From Candidatus Falkowbacteria bacterium (GTDB taxonomy: Bacteria > Patescibacteriota > Patescibacteriia > UBA11705 > JABHMO01), in NCBI GenBank assembly GCA_018674305.1, contig JABHAL010000004.1:256446-320445 (forward strand): DNA of 64,000 nt, written 5' to 3'. The notes beneath the pieces were generated by a model. It saw nothing but the letters and a program-made list of their open reading frames with translations, was not told where the DNA came from and searched no databases. Positions 1 to 10,384 of the stretch are shown here, piece after piece. The stretch's first letter is position 1; every line of letters begins with the position of its first letter. A program made the translations under genes and the position numbers.

Positions 1-179
1 ATAATTATAGAAGCCATTGTGCTGAATTATCCTTTTTTCATGTTCCTGAAAATGTAATTCGTCTGATAGTATATCGTGAATTTAAGTTAGTTAGGCGGGA
101 CCCAAATATCATATAGGATTTGGACGTTACAAACCAAAGACTCTCCGATGAAACATCGGAGAGTCTTTTAATATAGAAT

Positions 180-1553
180 TTATTCAGTTTTTTCTTTTTT
201 TGAAGTATCTTTTGGATCTTCTTCAACCTTAGGTTCTTCTTTTGCTTCAGTAACTTCTTCGACTTTAGGTTCTTCTTTTGATTCAGTAACTTCTTCGACT
301 TTAGGTTCTTCTTTTGATTCAGTAACTTCTTCGACTTTAGATTCTTCTTTTGATTCAGTAACTTCTTCAACTTTAGATTCTTCTTTTGAATCTTCAACAA
401 CTTCTGCTTTATCTTCTTTTGCTTTTTTATCTTCTGATTTATCATCCTTGTCATCCATAGATTTGATACTTAAACCAAGTCTATGTTCATTTGGTTCAAT
501 TGAAACGATTTTGAAACTCATAGTGCTACCGGTCTTGGCAAAATCTTCAGTGTTCGTAATTTTTTTATTGGATAATTCAGAGATATGAGCAAGTCCGTGA
601 ATATCTTTATCCAGTTTAACAAATAAACCAAAAGGTGTTGATTTGATAATCTCACCTTCGACCACATCACCAACGGCATATTTTTCGTTAATGTTGTCCC
701 AAGGATCTCTTTGTAGTTTTTTGCTAGATAGGAAAATCTTTGAGCCTTCAACTTTTATGATTTCAGCTTTAACGCTGTCACCAACCTTGAATAAATCAGA
801 TGGGTTGTCAATTCTTTGCCAAGCTAATTCAGAAATATGAATTAAGCCTTCTAGGTTTTGACCAAATTCAACAAAAACACCAAAGTCAGTTACCGCTGTG
901 ATTTTACCATCAACTAGGTCTCCTGGCTTGTATTGACTTAAGGTGTCTTTTTGGTTTTCTTCCCAAGCAGCCTTTTCTGAGGCAATTAATTTTTCATTAT
1001 CAGGATCAATATCTAATACTTTTACTTTGAATTCTTGGCCGATATAGCTTTTTAATTTTTCGAGAATTTTATTTTTATCACCACCTTGAACACGGGGATA
1101 AAATTCTGGACTAAGTTGAGAAACAGGTAAAAATCCTGGAACCCTATTTACGGTAATTAGTAGCCCACCTTTGTTTGCGTCAGTAACTTTAGCTGGGATT
1201 GTTTCTCCGCTAGATTTGTATTCTTCCAGTACGGACCAGGTTTTTAGGTGACCTGCAAAGCGGAAAGATAATTCTAGCAATCCTTGTTCATTTTCAAGTT
1301 CCATTACTGTTGCTTCTGTTGTGTCTCCTACTTTTAGATTACCAAATTCGTCTGATTCATTGTAAAGTTCTTTTCCTCTAATAATACCAGTCATGACTCC
1401 ATTAATGTCAAGTAAAACTTCTTTTTTTGAGCCAGCGATTACTAGACCTTTAACAGTATCACCAACTTGAGGTAGTGATTGTACGTTTTTATCATCCTCA
1501 ATCAATTTGTTCATTGGTGAATTAAGGTCTACTTTGATTTGTTTTTTAGCCAT
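180..1553 (-). CDS. rpsA: 30S ribosomal protein S1 (four S1 domains) with acidic repetitive C-terminal tail
   Basis: Repeated S1 motifs (DFGVFVEF..LEGLIHISEL, PFGLFVKL..IHGLAHISEL, RLGLSIK). Confidence 0.93.
   Translation of the reverse strand: MAKKQIKVDLNSPMNKLIEDDKNVQSLPQVGDTVKGLVIAGSKKEVLLDINGVMTGIIRGKELYNESDEFGNLKVGDTTEATVMELENEQGLLELSFRFAGHLKTWSVLEEYKSSGETIPAKVTDANKGGLLITVNRVPGFLPVSQLSPEFYPRVQGGDKNKILEKLKSYIGQEFKVKVLDIDPDNEKLIASEKAAWEENQKDTLSQYKPGDLVDGKITAVTDFGVFVEFGQNLEGLIHISELAWQRIDNPSDLFKVGDSVKAEIIKVEGSKIFLSSKKLQRDPWDNINEKYAVGDVVEGEIIKSTPFGLFVKLDKDIHGLAHISELSNKKITNTEDFAKTGSTMSFKIVSIEPNEHRLGLSIKSMDDKDDKSEDKKAKEDKAEVVEDSKEESKVEEVTESKEESKVEEVTESKEEPKVEEVTESKEEPKVEEVTEAKEEPKVEEDPKDTSKKEKTE
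218..404 (-). repeat. About 5 in-frame 36-bp tandem repeats encoding EE(S/P)KVEEVTE(S/A)K in the rpsA tail
   Basis: Unit ttcttcttttgattcagtaacttcttcgactttag(g/a) repeats on the + strand. Confidence 0.9.
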
Positions 1554-1890
1554 TTTAGATGGTCTCGTTCCTATAATTTGATATAAAAAATTCCACCTTT
1601 GGTGGAGATTATAAAAAATTTAGTTTTCCAAGGGTTATGAATTAGATTAAAATTTAAAGATTTGTACAAGTTCTTTGATTAGTTTACCGTAAATATAGAT
1701 TTATGTCAAGGCGTTGAAAGAAGGTGTATAAAAAGGAGGGATTATCGGTTTACAAGTTCATTTAATTTTGCTAAAATGTAGGTACATAATATTTTATTAA
1801 ATAAGATACACTTAATGTATCGTTAGTTTTAAATTAGATTAATGTGACATAGATTAGTGTGCTTAAATATAATTTACAACATATAACATT

Positions 1891-2550
1891 ATGAATATAA
1901 CATGGTTAGGGCACTCTTGTTTCAAAATAGAGGGAAAAATCAAGGGTCAGCAAATTACAATATTAACAGATCCTTTTGATAAGAGTACCGGTTTGCGTTT
2001 ACCAAAAGTAAGGGCAGAAATTGTTACTGTAAGTCATTATCATGATGGTCATAGTAATGTTGCTGGGGTTACTCCTGTAGAAGACAAAGGTCTTGTAGTT
2101 ATTGATCGCCCAGGTGAATATGAAGTTGCTGATGTGTTTGTGTTTGGCATAGGTTCTTATCACGACAAAAAACAAGGTAAAGAGTTGGGTAAGTCAGTAA
2201 TGTTTAAATTTGATGTAGGTGGAATTAAAGTTTTACATTTGGGAGATATTGGGACAGTTTTATCTAATCTTCAATTAGAAAAGATTGACGATGTAGACGT
2301 TTTGTTAATTCCCATCGGTGGCAAATATACAGTAAATGCAAAGGAGGCAGCAGAAATTGTACGTCAGATTGAGCCGCGTATTGTTATCCCTATGCATTAT
2401 AAAATTCCAGGATTGGAAATTGACCTTGATGGCTTGGATAATTTTAAAAAAGAAATGGGCAATAAAGCGGAGACGGTAAGTAAATTAAAGATAGCGAAAA
2501 AAGACTTACCGGTCGATGATGTTAAATTAATTATTTTAGAAAAATCATAA
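1891..2550 (+). CDS. MBL-fold metallo-hydrolase
   Basis: WLGHSCF, TDPF, SHYHDGH, HLGD and IPMHY motifs. Confidence 0.88.
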   Translation: MNITWLGHSCFKIEGKIKGQQITILTDPFDKSTGLRLPKVRAEIVTVSHYHDGHSNVAGVTPVEDKGLVVIDRPGEYEVADVFVFGIGSYHDKKQGKELGKSVMFKFDVGGIKVLHLGDIGTVLSNLQLEKIDDVDVLLIPIGGKYTVNAKEAAEIVRQIEPRIVIPMHYKIPGLEIDLDGLDNFKKEMGNKAETVSKLKIAKKDLPVDDVKLIILEKS

Positions 2551-2556
2551 AAATGA

Positions 2557-2625
2557 GTACTGAAGAATATTGATATACTGATGTGAAGATATGAACTAAT
2601 CAGTAAATCAGTATGGTCAGTAATC
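2557..2625. repeat. TACTGAT-type short-period repeats arranged as inverted arms; related copies near 27462-27578 and 60050-60100
   Basis: gtactga..atattgatatactgatgtgaa followed by atcagtaaatcagta..tcagtaatc; the same left arm recurs at 27462 and 60050. Confidence 0.6.
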
Positions 2626-2635
2626 AATTAAACAT

Positions 2636-2959
2636 ATGGAGGGTCATGAACCAGACACAAGATATTTAACCCTTTGGATTTGCGTTATTATTTCTGCCGT
2701 AATAATTTTTACTGGTTGGATTTTTGTGATGAAGTACAATTTTACCAAGATTAATGAGGAAATGGTCAATCAAGATGTAACAGTTGAAAAAGCAACTCAG
2801 GAGATGGGGGAGATGTTTGATGGTGTGAAGAAAATAATGGAAGAACAAGGAAGTCTTCTTGAGGAGGTGCTTGAAAAAGAGGCAGCAAAAGAAAAAGAGT
2901 TGGAAGTCTCAGGCGATAAGAAAATAAAAGAAGATGAGGTGATAACAGAAACAGAATAA
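2636..2959 (+). CDS. Hypothetical protein with a single TM helix and acidic tail
   Basis: 107-aa ORF with hydrophobic segment LWICVIISAVIIFTGWIFVM. Confidence 0.7.
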   Translation: MEGHEPDTRYLTLWICVIISAVIIFTGWIFVMKYNFTKINEEMVNQDVTVEKATQEMGEMFDGVKKIMEEQGSLLEEVLEKEAAKEKELEVSGDKKIKEDEVITETE

Positions 2960-3033
2960 TCAAAGTAATTATCAACAAGTCCTTAGCGTGCTACGGATGT
3001 AAATGTTTATATATTTTTTATTTTTAATAATTT

Positions 3034-5547
3034 ATGCCAAAGAAAAAACAAACTGAAAAAAAGCCCAACGAAGAGCAGGCTCCAATCAAGGCAGCAGTTC
3101 AGGATATTTCTATAATTGATGAAATGCAAAGTTCATACATTGATTATGCTATGAGTGTTATAGTTTCTCGAGCGTTGCCAGATGTCCGAGATGGGCTAAA
3201 GCCTGTTCATCGTCGAATTCTGTATGCTATGTGGAGCGTTGGACTTCGTTCTAGTTCTAAATTTCGTAAATCGGCTACGGTAGTCGGTGAGGTTTTAGGT
3301 AAATATCATCCGCATGGTGATCAAGCTGTTTATGATTCAATGGCTAGGATGGCTCAGGACTTTAACATGCGCTACATGTTGGTTAATGGTCAGGGAAACT
3401 TTGGTTCAATGGATGGTGATAGGCCAGCGGCGATGCGTTATACCGAAGCAAAATTAAGAGGCATTTCTGAAGAATTATTATTTGATTTAGAAAAAGATAC
3501 TGTTGATTTTAATCCCAACTATGACGGATCCCACAAAGAGCCCAGTGTTTTGCCAGCCAAGTTGCCACATTTACTTTTGAATGGTGGTGTGGGTATTGCA
3601 GTTGGTATGGCAACCAAGATACCTCCCCATAACCTGATGGAAGTTTGTGATGCGGTGTGTCATATGATTGATAATCCCGATTGTAATTCAGAAGATTTAA
3701 TGGAGCATGTCAAAGGCCCAGATTTCCCAACTGGCGGTATTATTTATGATCAAACTGAAATAAAAAGAGCTTACACTACGGGAAAAGGTAAGATTGTTAT
3801 GCGTGGTAAAACTGAGATTGTTGAAAGCAAGGCCGGTCAATTCAAAATAATTATTTCGGAAATTCCATATCAATTAAACAAAGCCAGTCTATTGGAAAAG
3901 ATTGCAGAGTTTGTAAAAACAAAAAGATTAGAAGGTATTAGGGATGTGAGAGATGAGTCTAATAAGGATGGTGTACGAATTGTGGTTGAGCTTAAGCGAG
4001 ATGCTTTCCCTAAAAAAGTTTTGAATCGGTTATTTAAATTAACCCAACTGCAATCAAATTTCGATGTTAATATGTTGGCTTTGACGGGTGATTATCAGCC
4101 AAAGGTTATGAACTTGTTTGATATTCTTAATTATTATCTTATTCATCGTCAGGAAGTTGTTGTTCGGCGAACAAAATATGAATTAAAAAAAGCAGAAGAT
4201 CGTGCACATATTTTGGAAGGTTTAAGCAAGGCCATTGATAAGATCGATGCAGTGATAAAAATCATTAGAAAATCAAAAGACAAGGAATTAGCAAAGCAAA
4301 ATTTAATTAAGCAATTTAAATTTACTGATATTCAAGCAGTTGCTATTTTGGAAATGCGATTACAGAACTTGGCGAATTTGGAGCGTTTAAAAATAGAAAA
4401 CGAATTAAAAGAAAAGAAAAAAATTATTGCCGCATTAAAAAAATTACTATCTTCTAAAAAAGGTATTTTGGGTGTAATTAAAGATGAGTTAACTGAAATT
4501 AAAGAAAAATATGGTGATGAACGAAAGACTAAGATCATTAAGTCGGCAGTAGGTGAGTTTTCTCAGGAAGACTTGGTCCCGAATGAGCCAGCCTTGGTAA
4601 TGGTCACAACGGATGGATATATTAAACGAATGCCACTAGAGACTTTCAAAACTCAACATCGAGGAGGTAAAGGGGTTATCGGTCTAACAACCAAGGAGGA
4701 AGATGTTGTTGATTTATTATTTACTACTTTGACACATAACGATTTGTTGTTTTTCACTTCAATGGGCAGAGTGTTTCAGCTAAAAGCTTATGATTTGCCA
4801 ATTGGTTCAAGAACCTCAAAGGGACAGGCCTTGGTCAATTTCCTTCAGCTCGGACCTGATGAAAAAGTAACAGAAATATTACCAATAAAAGATCAGACCG
4901 ATGCTAAGTTTTTATTCATGGTTACTGAGAAGGGAACGATTAAGAAAACTGCGATTGAAGATTTTGCTAATGTCCGTCGTTCTGGCTTGATTGCTATTCG
5001 TCTAAAGCCTGGGGACCGTTTACGTTGGGTTAAACCAACTAATGGAAAAAAGCAAATGATGTTAATTTCTGCTCGTGGTCAAGCAATCAGGTTTGCGGAA
5101 AAAGACGTACGAAGCATGGGGCGTACTGCGGCAGGTGTGCGTGGTATTAGACTGAAAGCCGATGATCAATTAGTAGGTGTCGGAATGATTGAACCGGACA
5201 AAGAAAAAGTTTTGCAAGTTTTGACCTTAGCAGAAAACGGCTTTGGTAAGCGTTCAAACCTATCAAACTACAAAGTCCAAAATCGTGGTGGTGGTGGTAT
5301 CAGAACCTTGAAGGTTTCCAGCAAAACCGGAAAAGTTGTGAAAGGGATGATTATTGATTCTGAGCAAAATAAAGATAATGATATTATGGTCATTTCTAGT
5401 AAAGGTCAAGTAATAAGAATGCCTTTCAAGACGATCAGCGAACTTGGGCGTGATACTCAGGGAGTTCGATTGATGCGCTTTAAAGAATCCAAGGATAAGG
5501 TAGTTACATTTTCAAAAATTGTAACTGACGTGAAAGATCGAGGATAA
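3034..5547 (+). CDS. gyrA: DNA gyrase subunit A
   Basis: [29 protein letters not shown] (catalytic Tyr), GyrA box QHRGGKG, C-terminal beta-pinwheel repeats. Confidence 0.97.
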   Translation: MPKKKQTEKKPNEEQAPIKAAVQDISIIDEMQSSYIDYAMSVIVSRALPDVRDGLKPVHRRILYAMWSVGLRSSSKFRKSATVVGEVLGKYHPHGDQAVYDSMARMAQDFNMRYMLVNGQGNFGSMDGDRPAAMRYTEAKLRGISEELLFDLEKDTVDFNPNYDGSHKEPSVLPAKLPHLLLNGGVGIAVGMATKIPPHNLMEVCDAVCHMIDNPDCNSEDLMEHVKGPDFPTGGIIYDQTEIKRAYTTGKGKIVMRGKTEIVESKAGQFKIIISEIPYQLNKASLLEKIAEFVKTKRLEGIRDVRDESNKDGVRIVVELKRDAFPKKVLNRLFKLTQLQSNFDVNMLALTGDYQPKVMNLFDILNYYLIHRQEVVVRRTKYELKKAEDRAHILEGLSKAIDKIDAVIKIIRKSKDKELAKQNLIKQFKFTDIQAVAILEMRLQNLANLERLKIENELKEKKKIIAALKKLLSSKKGILGVIKDELTEIKEKYGDERKTKIIKSAVGEFSQEDLVPNEPALVMVTTDGYIKRMPLETFKTQHRGGKGVIGLTTKEEDVVDLLFTTLTHNDLLFFTSMGRVFQLKAYDLPIGSRTSKGQALVNFLQLGPDEKVTEILPIKDQTDAKFLFMVTEKGTIKKTAIEDFANVRRSGLIAIRLKPGDRLRWVKPTNGKKQMMLISARGQAIRFAEKDVRSMGRTAAGVRGIRLKADDQLVGVGMIEPDKEKVLQVLTLAENGFGKRSNLSNYKVQNRGGGGIRTLKVSSKTGKVVKGMIIDSEQNKDNDIMVISSKGQVIRMPFKTISELGRDTQGVRLMRFKESKDKVVTFSKIVTDVKDRG

Positions 5548-5569
5548 TAATTTGTAATATAGTTCAAAT

Positions 5570-5604
5570 AAAAATCAGGCGCTTTTGAGTCGCCTGATTT
5601 TTTT
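5570..5604. terminator. Bidirectional intrinsic terminator between gyrA and nrnA
   Basis: aaaaatcaggcg-cttttgagt-cgcctgattttttt between convergent genes. Confidence 0.8.
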
Positions 5605-5621
5605 ATATATTTATCCTGATT

Positions 5622-6572
5622 TTATATTTTTACTACTGACCAGCCGGCTTCAATCTTTTCCAACTTGCCGGTGATAGAAAAGCCAGCTGCTTTTGCATGT
5701 CCGCCACCGCCGAATTTTTGTGCTAATCTGGACACGTCAATGTGGTCTTTTGTGGTGCGTAGACTACATTTAATAATGTTGTCATCGCTTTCTCTCATTA
5801 CTAAAATTATGTTTGCTTCGTATAAAGTTGTTAGGAAGTTTGCCATGCCTTCAAATACTTCTGGCAGAATGGCGTCTTGTTTGGTGATAACGGCAGTAAC
5901 AATCTTGTGTTTTTCGTTGAAATGTAATTGAGATAGAATTTTACCCCAAAGTTTTAATGCTTCAGGTGAATTATTTCTCCAGGTGTTCTGAATAATCTTT
6001 TTTATGTTAGCTTTGTTTCGCAAAAGTTCAGAGGCGATAGACATTGATTCTTTGGTGGTTCCAGCATTAGTAAAGTAAGTTGTATCAGTTATAATCCCAG
6101 TCAGGAGTAAGGTCCCAATTTCTTTTGTAATTGGAATGTGATGTTTTTTGAGGAAACGATAAATCAACTCCGTGGTAGCGCCAGCCGGTTGAACAACATT
6201 AATGTCAGCGTAATAAGGATTTGTTTGGTGATGATCAATATTAATTGTAGTGATCTTTCCTCGGACTTGTAAAAATTTTTCAGCAACACCAGTTTGAGTA
6301 GTGTCTCCGCAATCCACAGTAATTATTAAATCATAGTTGAAGAAGTTTAATTCCTCTGAATTTGTATAAAATTGGTTTATGTCAAAAAAATCCAGGTTTG
6401 TAGGAACTGGATCTATGTTTCCAATGGTAACTTTTTTGTCTGGTAGAGAATTAATGTAAAATGCCAAAGCACCTGCTGAGCCTAAAGTGTCTGCATCGGG
6501 TCCGCGGTGTGACAAAATGAGAATATTTTTACATTCTTTGATTAGGGAAAATATTTTATCTGAATCGAGCAT
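5622..6572 (-). CDS. nrnA: DHH/DHHA1 family phosphoesterase (NrnA-like oligoribonuclease/pAp phosphatase)
   Basis: HRGPDADTLGS, VDCG, IDHH, TDT and GGGHAKAAG motifs; follows rbfA. Start moved to MLDSD to avoid overlapping rbfA. Confidence 0.88.
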   Translation of the reverse strand: MLDSDKIFSLIKECKNILILSHRGPDADTLGSAGALAFYINSLPDKKVTIGNIDPVPTNLDFFDINQFYTNSEELNFFNYDLIITVDCGDTTQTGVAEKFLQVRGKITTINIDHHQTNPYYADINVVQPAGATTELIYRFLKKHHIPITKEIGTLLLTGIITDTTYFTNAGTTKESMSIASELLRNKANIKKIIQNTWRNNSPEALKLWGKILSQLHFNEKHKIVTAVITKQDAILPEVFEGMANFLTTLYEANIILVMRESDDNIIKCSLRTTKDHIDVSRLAQKFGGGGHAKAAGFSITGKLEKIEAGWSVVKI

Positions 6573-6579
6573 AATTGAA

Positions 6580-6915
6580 TTACTTTTCACTAATTTCATC
6601 AAGCTTGCTGTACATATCATCAGTAAATTGTTCTCGGTCATCAATTTTGAAAGTAAGTGTGGGTGTGAATTTTAAATGAATATGTTTGCCTAGTAAGCCG
6701 CGGATTTCGTGTCTATGGTTAATTAAAAATGCTAAACCTTCTTTTGATTTATCAAAAGGAAGGATACTCACAAAAGCAGAAGCAGTTTTTAGATCAGAGC
6801 CACACTTGACCAGTGATACAGTTATTAATAAATCAAAAGGGGTCTCTATTTTTTGCGAAATTATTTCGCCTAGAGCTTTTTGTAACATTGCATTAACTTG
6901 TAGCATTCTGTCCAT
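6580..6915 (-). CDS. rbfA: 30S ribosome-binding factor A
   Basis: R..QVN..LQKALGEII, ITVS.V....DLK.A..FVS, LKFTPTLTF..D. Confidence 0.9.
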   Translation of the reverse strand: MDRMLQVNAMLQKALGEIISQKIETPFDLLITVSLVKCGSDLKTASAFVSILPFDKSKEGLAFLINHRHEIRGLLGKHIHLKFTPTLTFKIDDREQFTDDMYSKLDEISEK

Positions 6916-6921
6916 AATATT

Positions 6922-7030
6922 TTTAAATCCTAACTCCTAAACTTTAAATTCTAAACAATTTTTAATTACAAATTTTTAAATTTTAATAATTTGAGTTTGT
7001 TTAGGGTTTATATATTAGGTTTTAGAACTT
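6922..7030. repeat. Degenerate heptamer repeats (taaatcc/taaattc) with an inverted arm
   Basis: taaatcctaactcctaaactttaaattctaaacaa ... ttgtttagggtttatatattaggtttag; similar arrays at 27905-28030 and 53957-54075. Confidence 0.6.
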
Positions 7031-7104
7031 ATCGTTCATTAAGAGTTAAGCTTATTCTATTATAGCAGATTTGTCAATCCTGTCATTCTATAAGATGGGG
7101 TATC

Positions 7105-7180
7105 TTGACATGGTCGAGTTATAGTGTTATACTCTGGTGAATGGTGTTTTGGTTCATTTTAGTTACTCAGCAAGGAGGAA
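7105..7180 (+). promoter_or_regulatory. sigma70 promoter plus boxA-like motif and SD (prototype of the ORFan cassette head)
   Basis: TTGACA 7105-7110, 17-bp spacer, TATACT 7128-7133, GTTCATTTTA 7152-7161, AAGGAGG before ATG 7184. Confidence 0.75.
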
Positions 7181-7183
7181 AGC

Positions 7184-7684
7184 ATGAGTAGACTGAGAGT
7201 AGTTCTGGTTGGTCTTCTGTCTCTGGTAGTACTACTGGCTGGAACAACGAGTTCGCAGGCCAAGGATCGAAATGAAAAACTGAAGGATGCTGTTCCGGTG
7301 ATTGCCGTGGCCTGGGAAAACGCCCAGCCACAGTATGAGCATGAACTTCAGGTTGTGTTCATGTATTACAATGTGGAAATGACATTGGCTGAAGTTTTCA
7401 GTCATGCCAGATTCATGGTTCCTAACAGGACGAATGAACTGGGCTGTCTGGTCTATGAGGATTCAGGTTTTGTGCCTTTCAGTCGGGTTGTGGTTTGTCC
7501 AAAGGACAAGCGAGTGATTGTGCAGGATGATCTGAGTGCTGGAGCAAGTTTGAGCTTCGCTACCAAGTTGAGACCTTACTATCTGCCTCACCTTCTTGGC
7601 GCGTTGTATGACATCGACACAAGCAGGATTGTTGATTGCGAAGGCAACGCAGAAAAATGTTCTTCATTGATGAAGAGTGAATAA
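7184..7684 (+). CDS. Hypothetical secreted protein
   Basis: Signal peptide ending SSQA; strong SD; own promoter and terminator. Confidence 0.75.
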   Translation: MSRLRVVLVGLLSLVVLLAGTTSSQAKDRNEKLKDAVPVIAVAWENAQPQYEHELQVVFMYYNVEMTLAEVFSHARFMVPNRTNELGCLVYEDSGFVPFSRVVVCPKDKRVIVQDDLSAGASLSFATKLRPYYLPHLLGALYDIDTSRIVDCEGNAEKCSSLMKSE

Positions 7685-7692
7685 GTAAACCT

Positions 7693-7732
7693 AAGAGTTA
7701 ATCAAATCATATTTGGTTGACTCTTTTTTTTT
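7693..7732 (+). terminator. Intrinsic terminator
   Basis: aagagttaatcaaat-cat-atttggttgactc followed by a T-run. Confidence 0.75.
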
Positions 7733-7860
7733 GTAAATTTAGCCAATGTCTGGCAAGGTTTATTGACAAAATATAAAAAATGTGCTATAGTGTCTTTGTT
7801 ACGTGGCTCCAGCTTGGCTTACCCCCAAGTTGGTTGGTTCTTTCACACCGGAGGCGCAAG

Positions 7861-8373
7861 ATGCGTCGTGTCTCATTTTTGGTAATTGTAGTGATAGCAG
7901 TTTTGTTTAACGCTCAGGCAATGGCCTGGGAGAAGTTTGAAGATGAGCAGATCAACACTGAAGAGCAATTAATGCTCATGGTTGATTACTCCAAGCCGAT
8001 TCCTGCGCTGACCGTTCTCCAAGTCAAGGTTGAAAAACAAACCAAGACAATTAGAAAGGAGAATGGGGCAACCTGCGAGCAAGAGGTTTCTCGTAAGAAT
8101 GTGTATGGCCGTCGAGTCATGCCCGAACTTACGCCAGAAGGAGAGCAGATAGTAATTTATCTGCAGCCGATTCCTGAGTTGGACTGGATTGTAGTCAAGC
8201 CTCAGGAGCAGAAAGCAATGGCTGTAGTTTTACTACCTGGTTCTCGCACCGCCTACTATCCTTTCAAGTTAGTCAAAGAACTTAAGGATGGCAGCAAGCT
8301 TTATTCTTTGTCCATTGACACGGTTGTGCAATGCGACGCTGAAGGTAAGTGTCAAACCGAAGAAAAGAAATAG
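7861..8373 (+). CDS. Hypothetical secreted protein
   Basis: MRRVSFLVIVVIAVLFNAQAMA signal peptide; GGAGG SD; promoter TTGACA 7763, 17 bp, TATAGT 7786. Confidence 0.75.
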   Translation: MRRVSFLVIVVIAVLFNAQAMAWEKFEDEQINTEEQLMLMVDYSKPIPALTVLQVKVEKQTKTIRKENGATCEQEVSRKNVYGRRVMPELTPEGEQIVIYLQPIPELDWIVVKPQEQKAMAVVLLPGSRTAYYPFKLVKELKDGSKLYSLSIDTVVQCDAEGKCQTEEKK

Positions 8374-8386
8374 AAAGGAGAAGGTT

Positions 8387-8608
8387 ATGATTCTTGATTC
8401 ATTTTGTGCAGCCGCGGTTTCGCTTTTGGCTTTGTTCTTGATTATGGTGGGTTGCCTGGCAACTGCCAGTGGTGCAGTGCAGGCGTTTGTAGCCCTGTTT
8501 GCCACCAAGGTAATTCTGGGCAAGGTAGCATTCTTTCTCGGGATGTCGATTCTGGGAGTTGCTGCCTTTGTAACAGGGCTCAAGCTGGATAACCTATCGG
8601 TAGATTAG
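8387..8608 (+). CDS. Small hydrophobic membrane protein
   Basis: SD AAGGAG upstream of ATG 8387; about two TM helices. Confidence 0.6.
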   Translation: MILDSFCAAAVSLLALFLIMVGCLATASGAVQAFVALFATKVILGKVAFFLGMSILGVAAFVTGLKLDNLSVD

Positions 8609-8622
8609 TTTTTATCTCAACC

Positions 8623-8661
8623 AAAGAGCTGACTTCTCATACGAAGTCAGCTCTTTTCTTT
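8623..8661 (+). terminator. Intrinsic terminator
   Basis: aaagagctgacttc-tcatac-gaagtcagctctttt. Confidence 0.8.
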
Positions 8662-8704
8662 TAAAAAGATTGAAAAATTATTAAATTAAGTGTATGTTTA
8701 GGAT

Positions 8705-10009
8705 ATGAAATCTTTAATTAAAAAATTTATTCCTAAAAACCTATTAAGTTGGTATCACAAAGGTCTGGCCCTGTTGTCAGCTTTAGTTTATGGTTATCCA
8801 AGTAATAAGATGACTGTGATTGGCGTAACTGGAACGAATGGCAAGTCGACTACTGTAGCTTTAATTTCCAAAGTGTTAGAAATTGGTGGTTTTAAAGTTG
8901 GTGCAACCTCAACTGTAGGTTTCAAAATTGCGGATAAGGAATGGTTGAATGATAAAAAAATGACCATGCTGGGTCGGTTCAAGTTACAAAGTCTTTTACA
9001 TGAAATGGTTAAAGCTGGCTGTCAGTATGCAGTGATTGAAGTTTCGTCTGAGGGAATTAAACAGTCCCGACATTTAGGGATTAATTTTGATTATGCGATA
9101 TTCACAAATTTAACTCCGGAACATTTAGAGTCGCATGGTGGATTTGAGAATTATAGGCGAGCTAAGGGCGAGCTTTTTGAACATTTGACACGCAAAAAAA
9201 GAAAAAAAGAAAAAAAGAAAAAAATATCAATTGTAAACCTTGATGATAAGCACGCAGAATTTTTTATGAAATTTAAGGCAGACAAAAAATTTGGTTTTTC
9301 AATAAAAAATAAAAATGCTGACTTGGTTGCTGAAAATATTCAGGTTACTACCAGTGGAACTTCGTTTCAAGTTAAGGATGTTCAAATCAATCTAAAATTA
9401 ATTGGCGCTTTTAATGTTGAAAACGCTCTGCCAGCTATTGCTATTGCTCAGCAAGAAGGTATTAAGTTAGAAAAAATAAAACAGGGATTAGAGTCTGTTC
9501 AGGTTGTTCCTGGTCGAATGGAATCAATTGACGAGGGACAAAACTTTTCAGTGATAGTTGATTATGCCCCAGAGCCTGCTTCAATGGGGAAGCTTTATAT
9601 AACGATTGACGTACTTCGGCAAGCTCAGCATGACAATCGTGTTATTCACGTGTTAGGATCTTGTGGGGGTGGTCGAGATAAAGCGCGTCGACCGATTCTT
9701 GGAAAGATGGCTGGGGAAAAAGCTGACATCGTAATTATTACAAACGAAGATCCTTATGATGATGATCCAATGCAGATTATTAACGATGTTGCAGTTGGTT
9801 CTATTGAAGCAGGAAAAATTATAGATAAAGATTTATTTAAAATATTAGATCGCAAACAAGCGATTGAAAAAGCTCTTTCTATGGCAAAAGAAAATGATCT
9901 GGTTTTAGTGACCGGTAAAGGTTCTGAACAGCGTATGGCAGTTGCAGGTGGGAAATATGTGGAGTGGGATGATCGTGCCGTGATACGTAAAATATTGCAT
10001 TCAAATTGA
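8705..10009 (+). CDS. murE: UDP-N-acetylmuramyl-tripeptide synthetase (MurE family)
   Basis: GVTGTNGKST, EVSSEG, FTNLTPEHL, PGRME, GGGRDK.RRP, NEDPY, GKGSE, DDR. Confidence 0.9.
   Translation: MKSLIKKFIPKNLLSWYHKGLALLSALVYGYPSNKMTVIGVTGTNGKSTTVALISKVLEIGGFKVGATSTVGFKIADKEWLNDKKMTMLGRFKLQSLLHEMVKAGCQYAVIEVSSEGIKQSRHLGINFDYAIFTNLTPEHLESHGGFENYRRAKGELFEHLTRKKRKKEKKKKISIVNLDDKHAEFFMKFKADKKFGFSIKNKNADLVAENIQVTTSGTSFQVKDVQINLKLIGAFNVENALPAIAIAQQEGIKLEKIKQGLESVQVVPGRMESIDEGQNFSVIVDYAPEPASMGKLYITIDVLRQAQHDNRVIHVLGSCGGGRDKARRPILGKMAGEKADIVIITNEDPYDDDPMQIINDVAVGSIEAGKIIDKDLFKILDRKQAIEKALSMAKENDLVLVTGKGSEQRMAVAGGKYVEWDDRAVIRKILHSN
9614..9634 (+). repeat. REP-like half element CTTCGGCAAGCTCAGCATGAC in frame inside murE (peptide LRQAQHD)
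   Basis: Its reverse complement gtcatgctgagcttg resembles ggcatgctgaacttg in the intergenic palindrome at 55312. Confidence 0.55.
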
Positions 10010-10042
10010 ATCTTACTATAGGTTCATTGAAAAGAGGATAGA

Positions 10043-10384
10043 ATGATTGAGTTAGACCCTACACTTATTAAGCCTAGATACGCTTGTCCATTTTTTGGTT
10101 TTGCCCGTAGTGGCGGTAGGTTGGTGGTTAAGCATGGTGATTGCTGTTGTTTGCAAAATGGGCGTGTTTGTACTTTGAAAATTACAGGGAGGAAGCCAGA
10201 TTGGGAAGATTGTGGATCTAATTGTAATGAAAATTTTGAGAAAGTGGCAAGTCTTGCTAGGTTCTGTCGAATTTTTCCAAGTGAGTTTGCTCCACAACAA
10301 GTGGATGATAGGAAAAACTGGACAGGGATTTCTCTGAAGGTGTGGGTTGAATATGTAATGGGTGAAAATGTACCAAGACCGTAA
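10043..10384 (+). CDS. Cys-rich hypothetical protein
   Basis: 113-aa ORF; GTTCATTGAAA at 10022 and SD AGAGGA upstream; terminator at about 10410-10441. Confidence 0.6.
   Translation: MIELDPTLIKPRYACPFFGFARSGGRLVVKHGDCCCLQNGRVCTLKITGRKPDWEDCGSNCNENFEKVASLARFCRIFPSEFAPQQVDDRKNWTGISLKVWVEYVMGENVPRP

Noticed and set aside
38-454. Lys-rich 138-aa repeat ORF
   Set aside because: It is an alternative frame of the rpsA 36-bp repeat tail.
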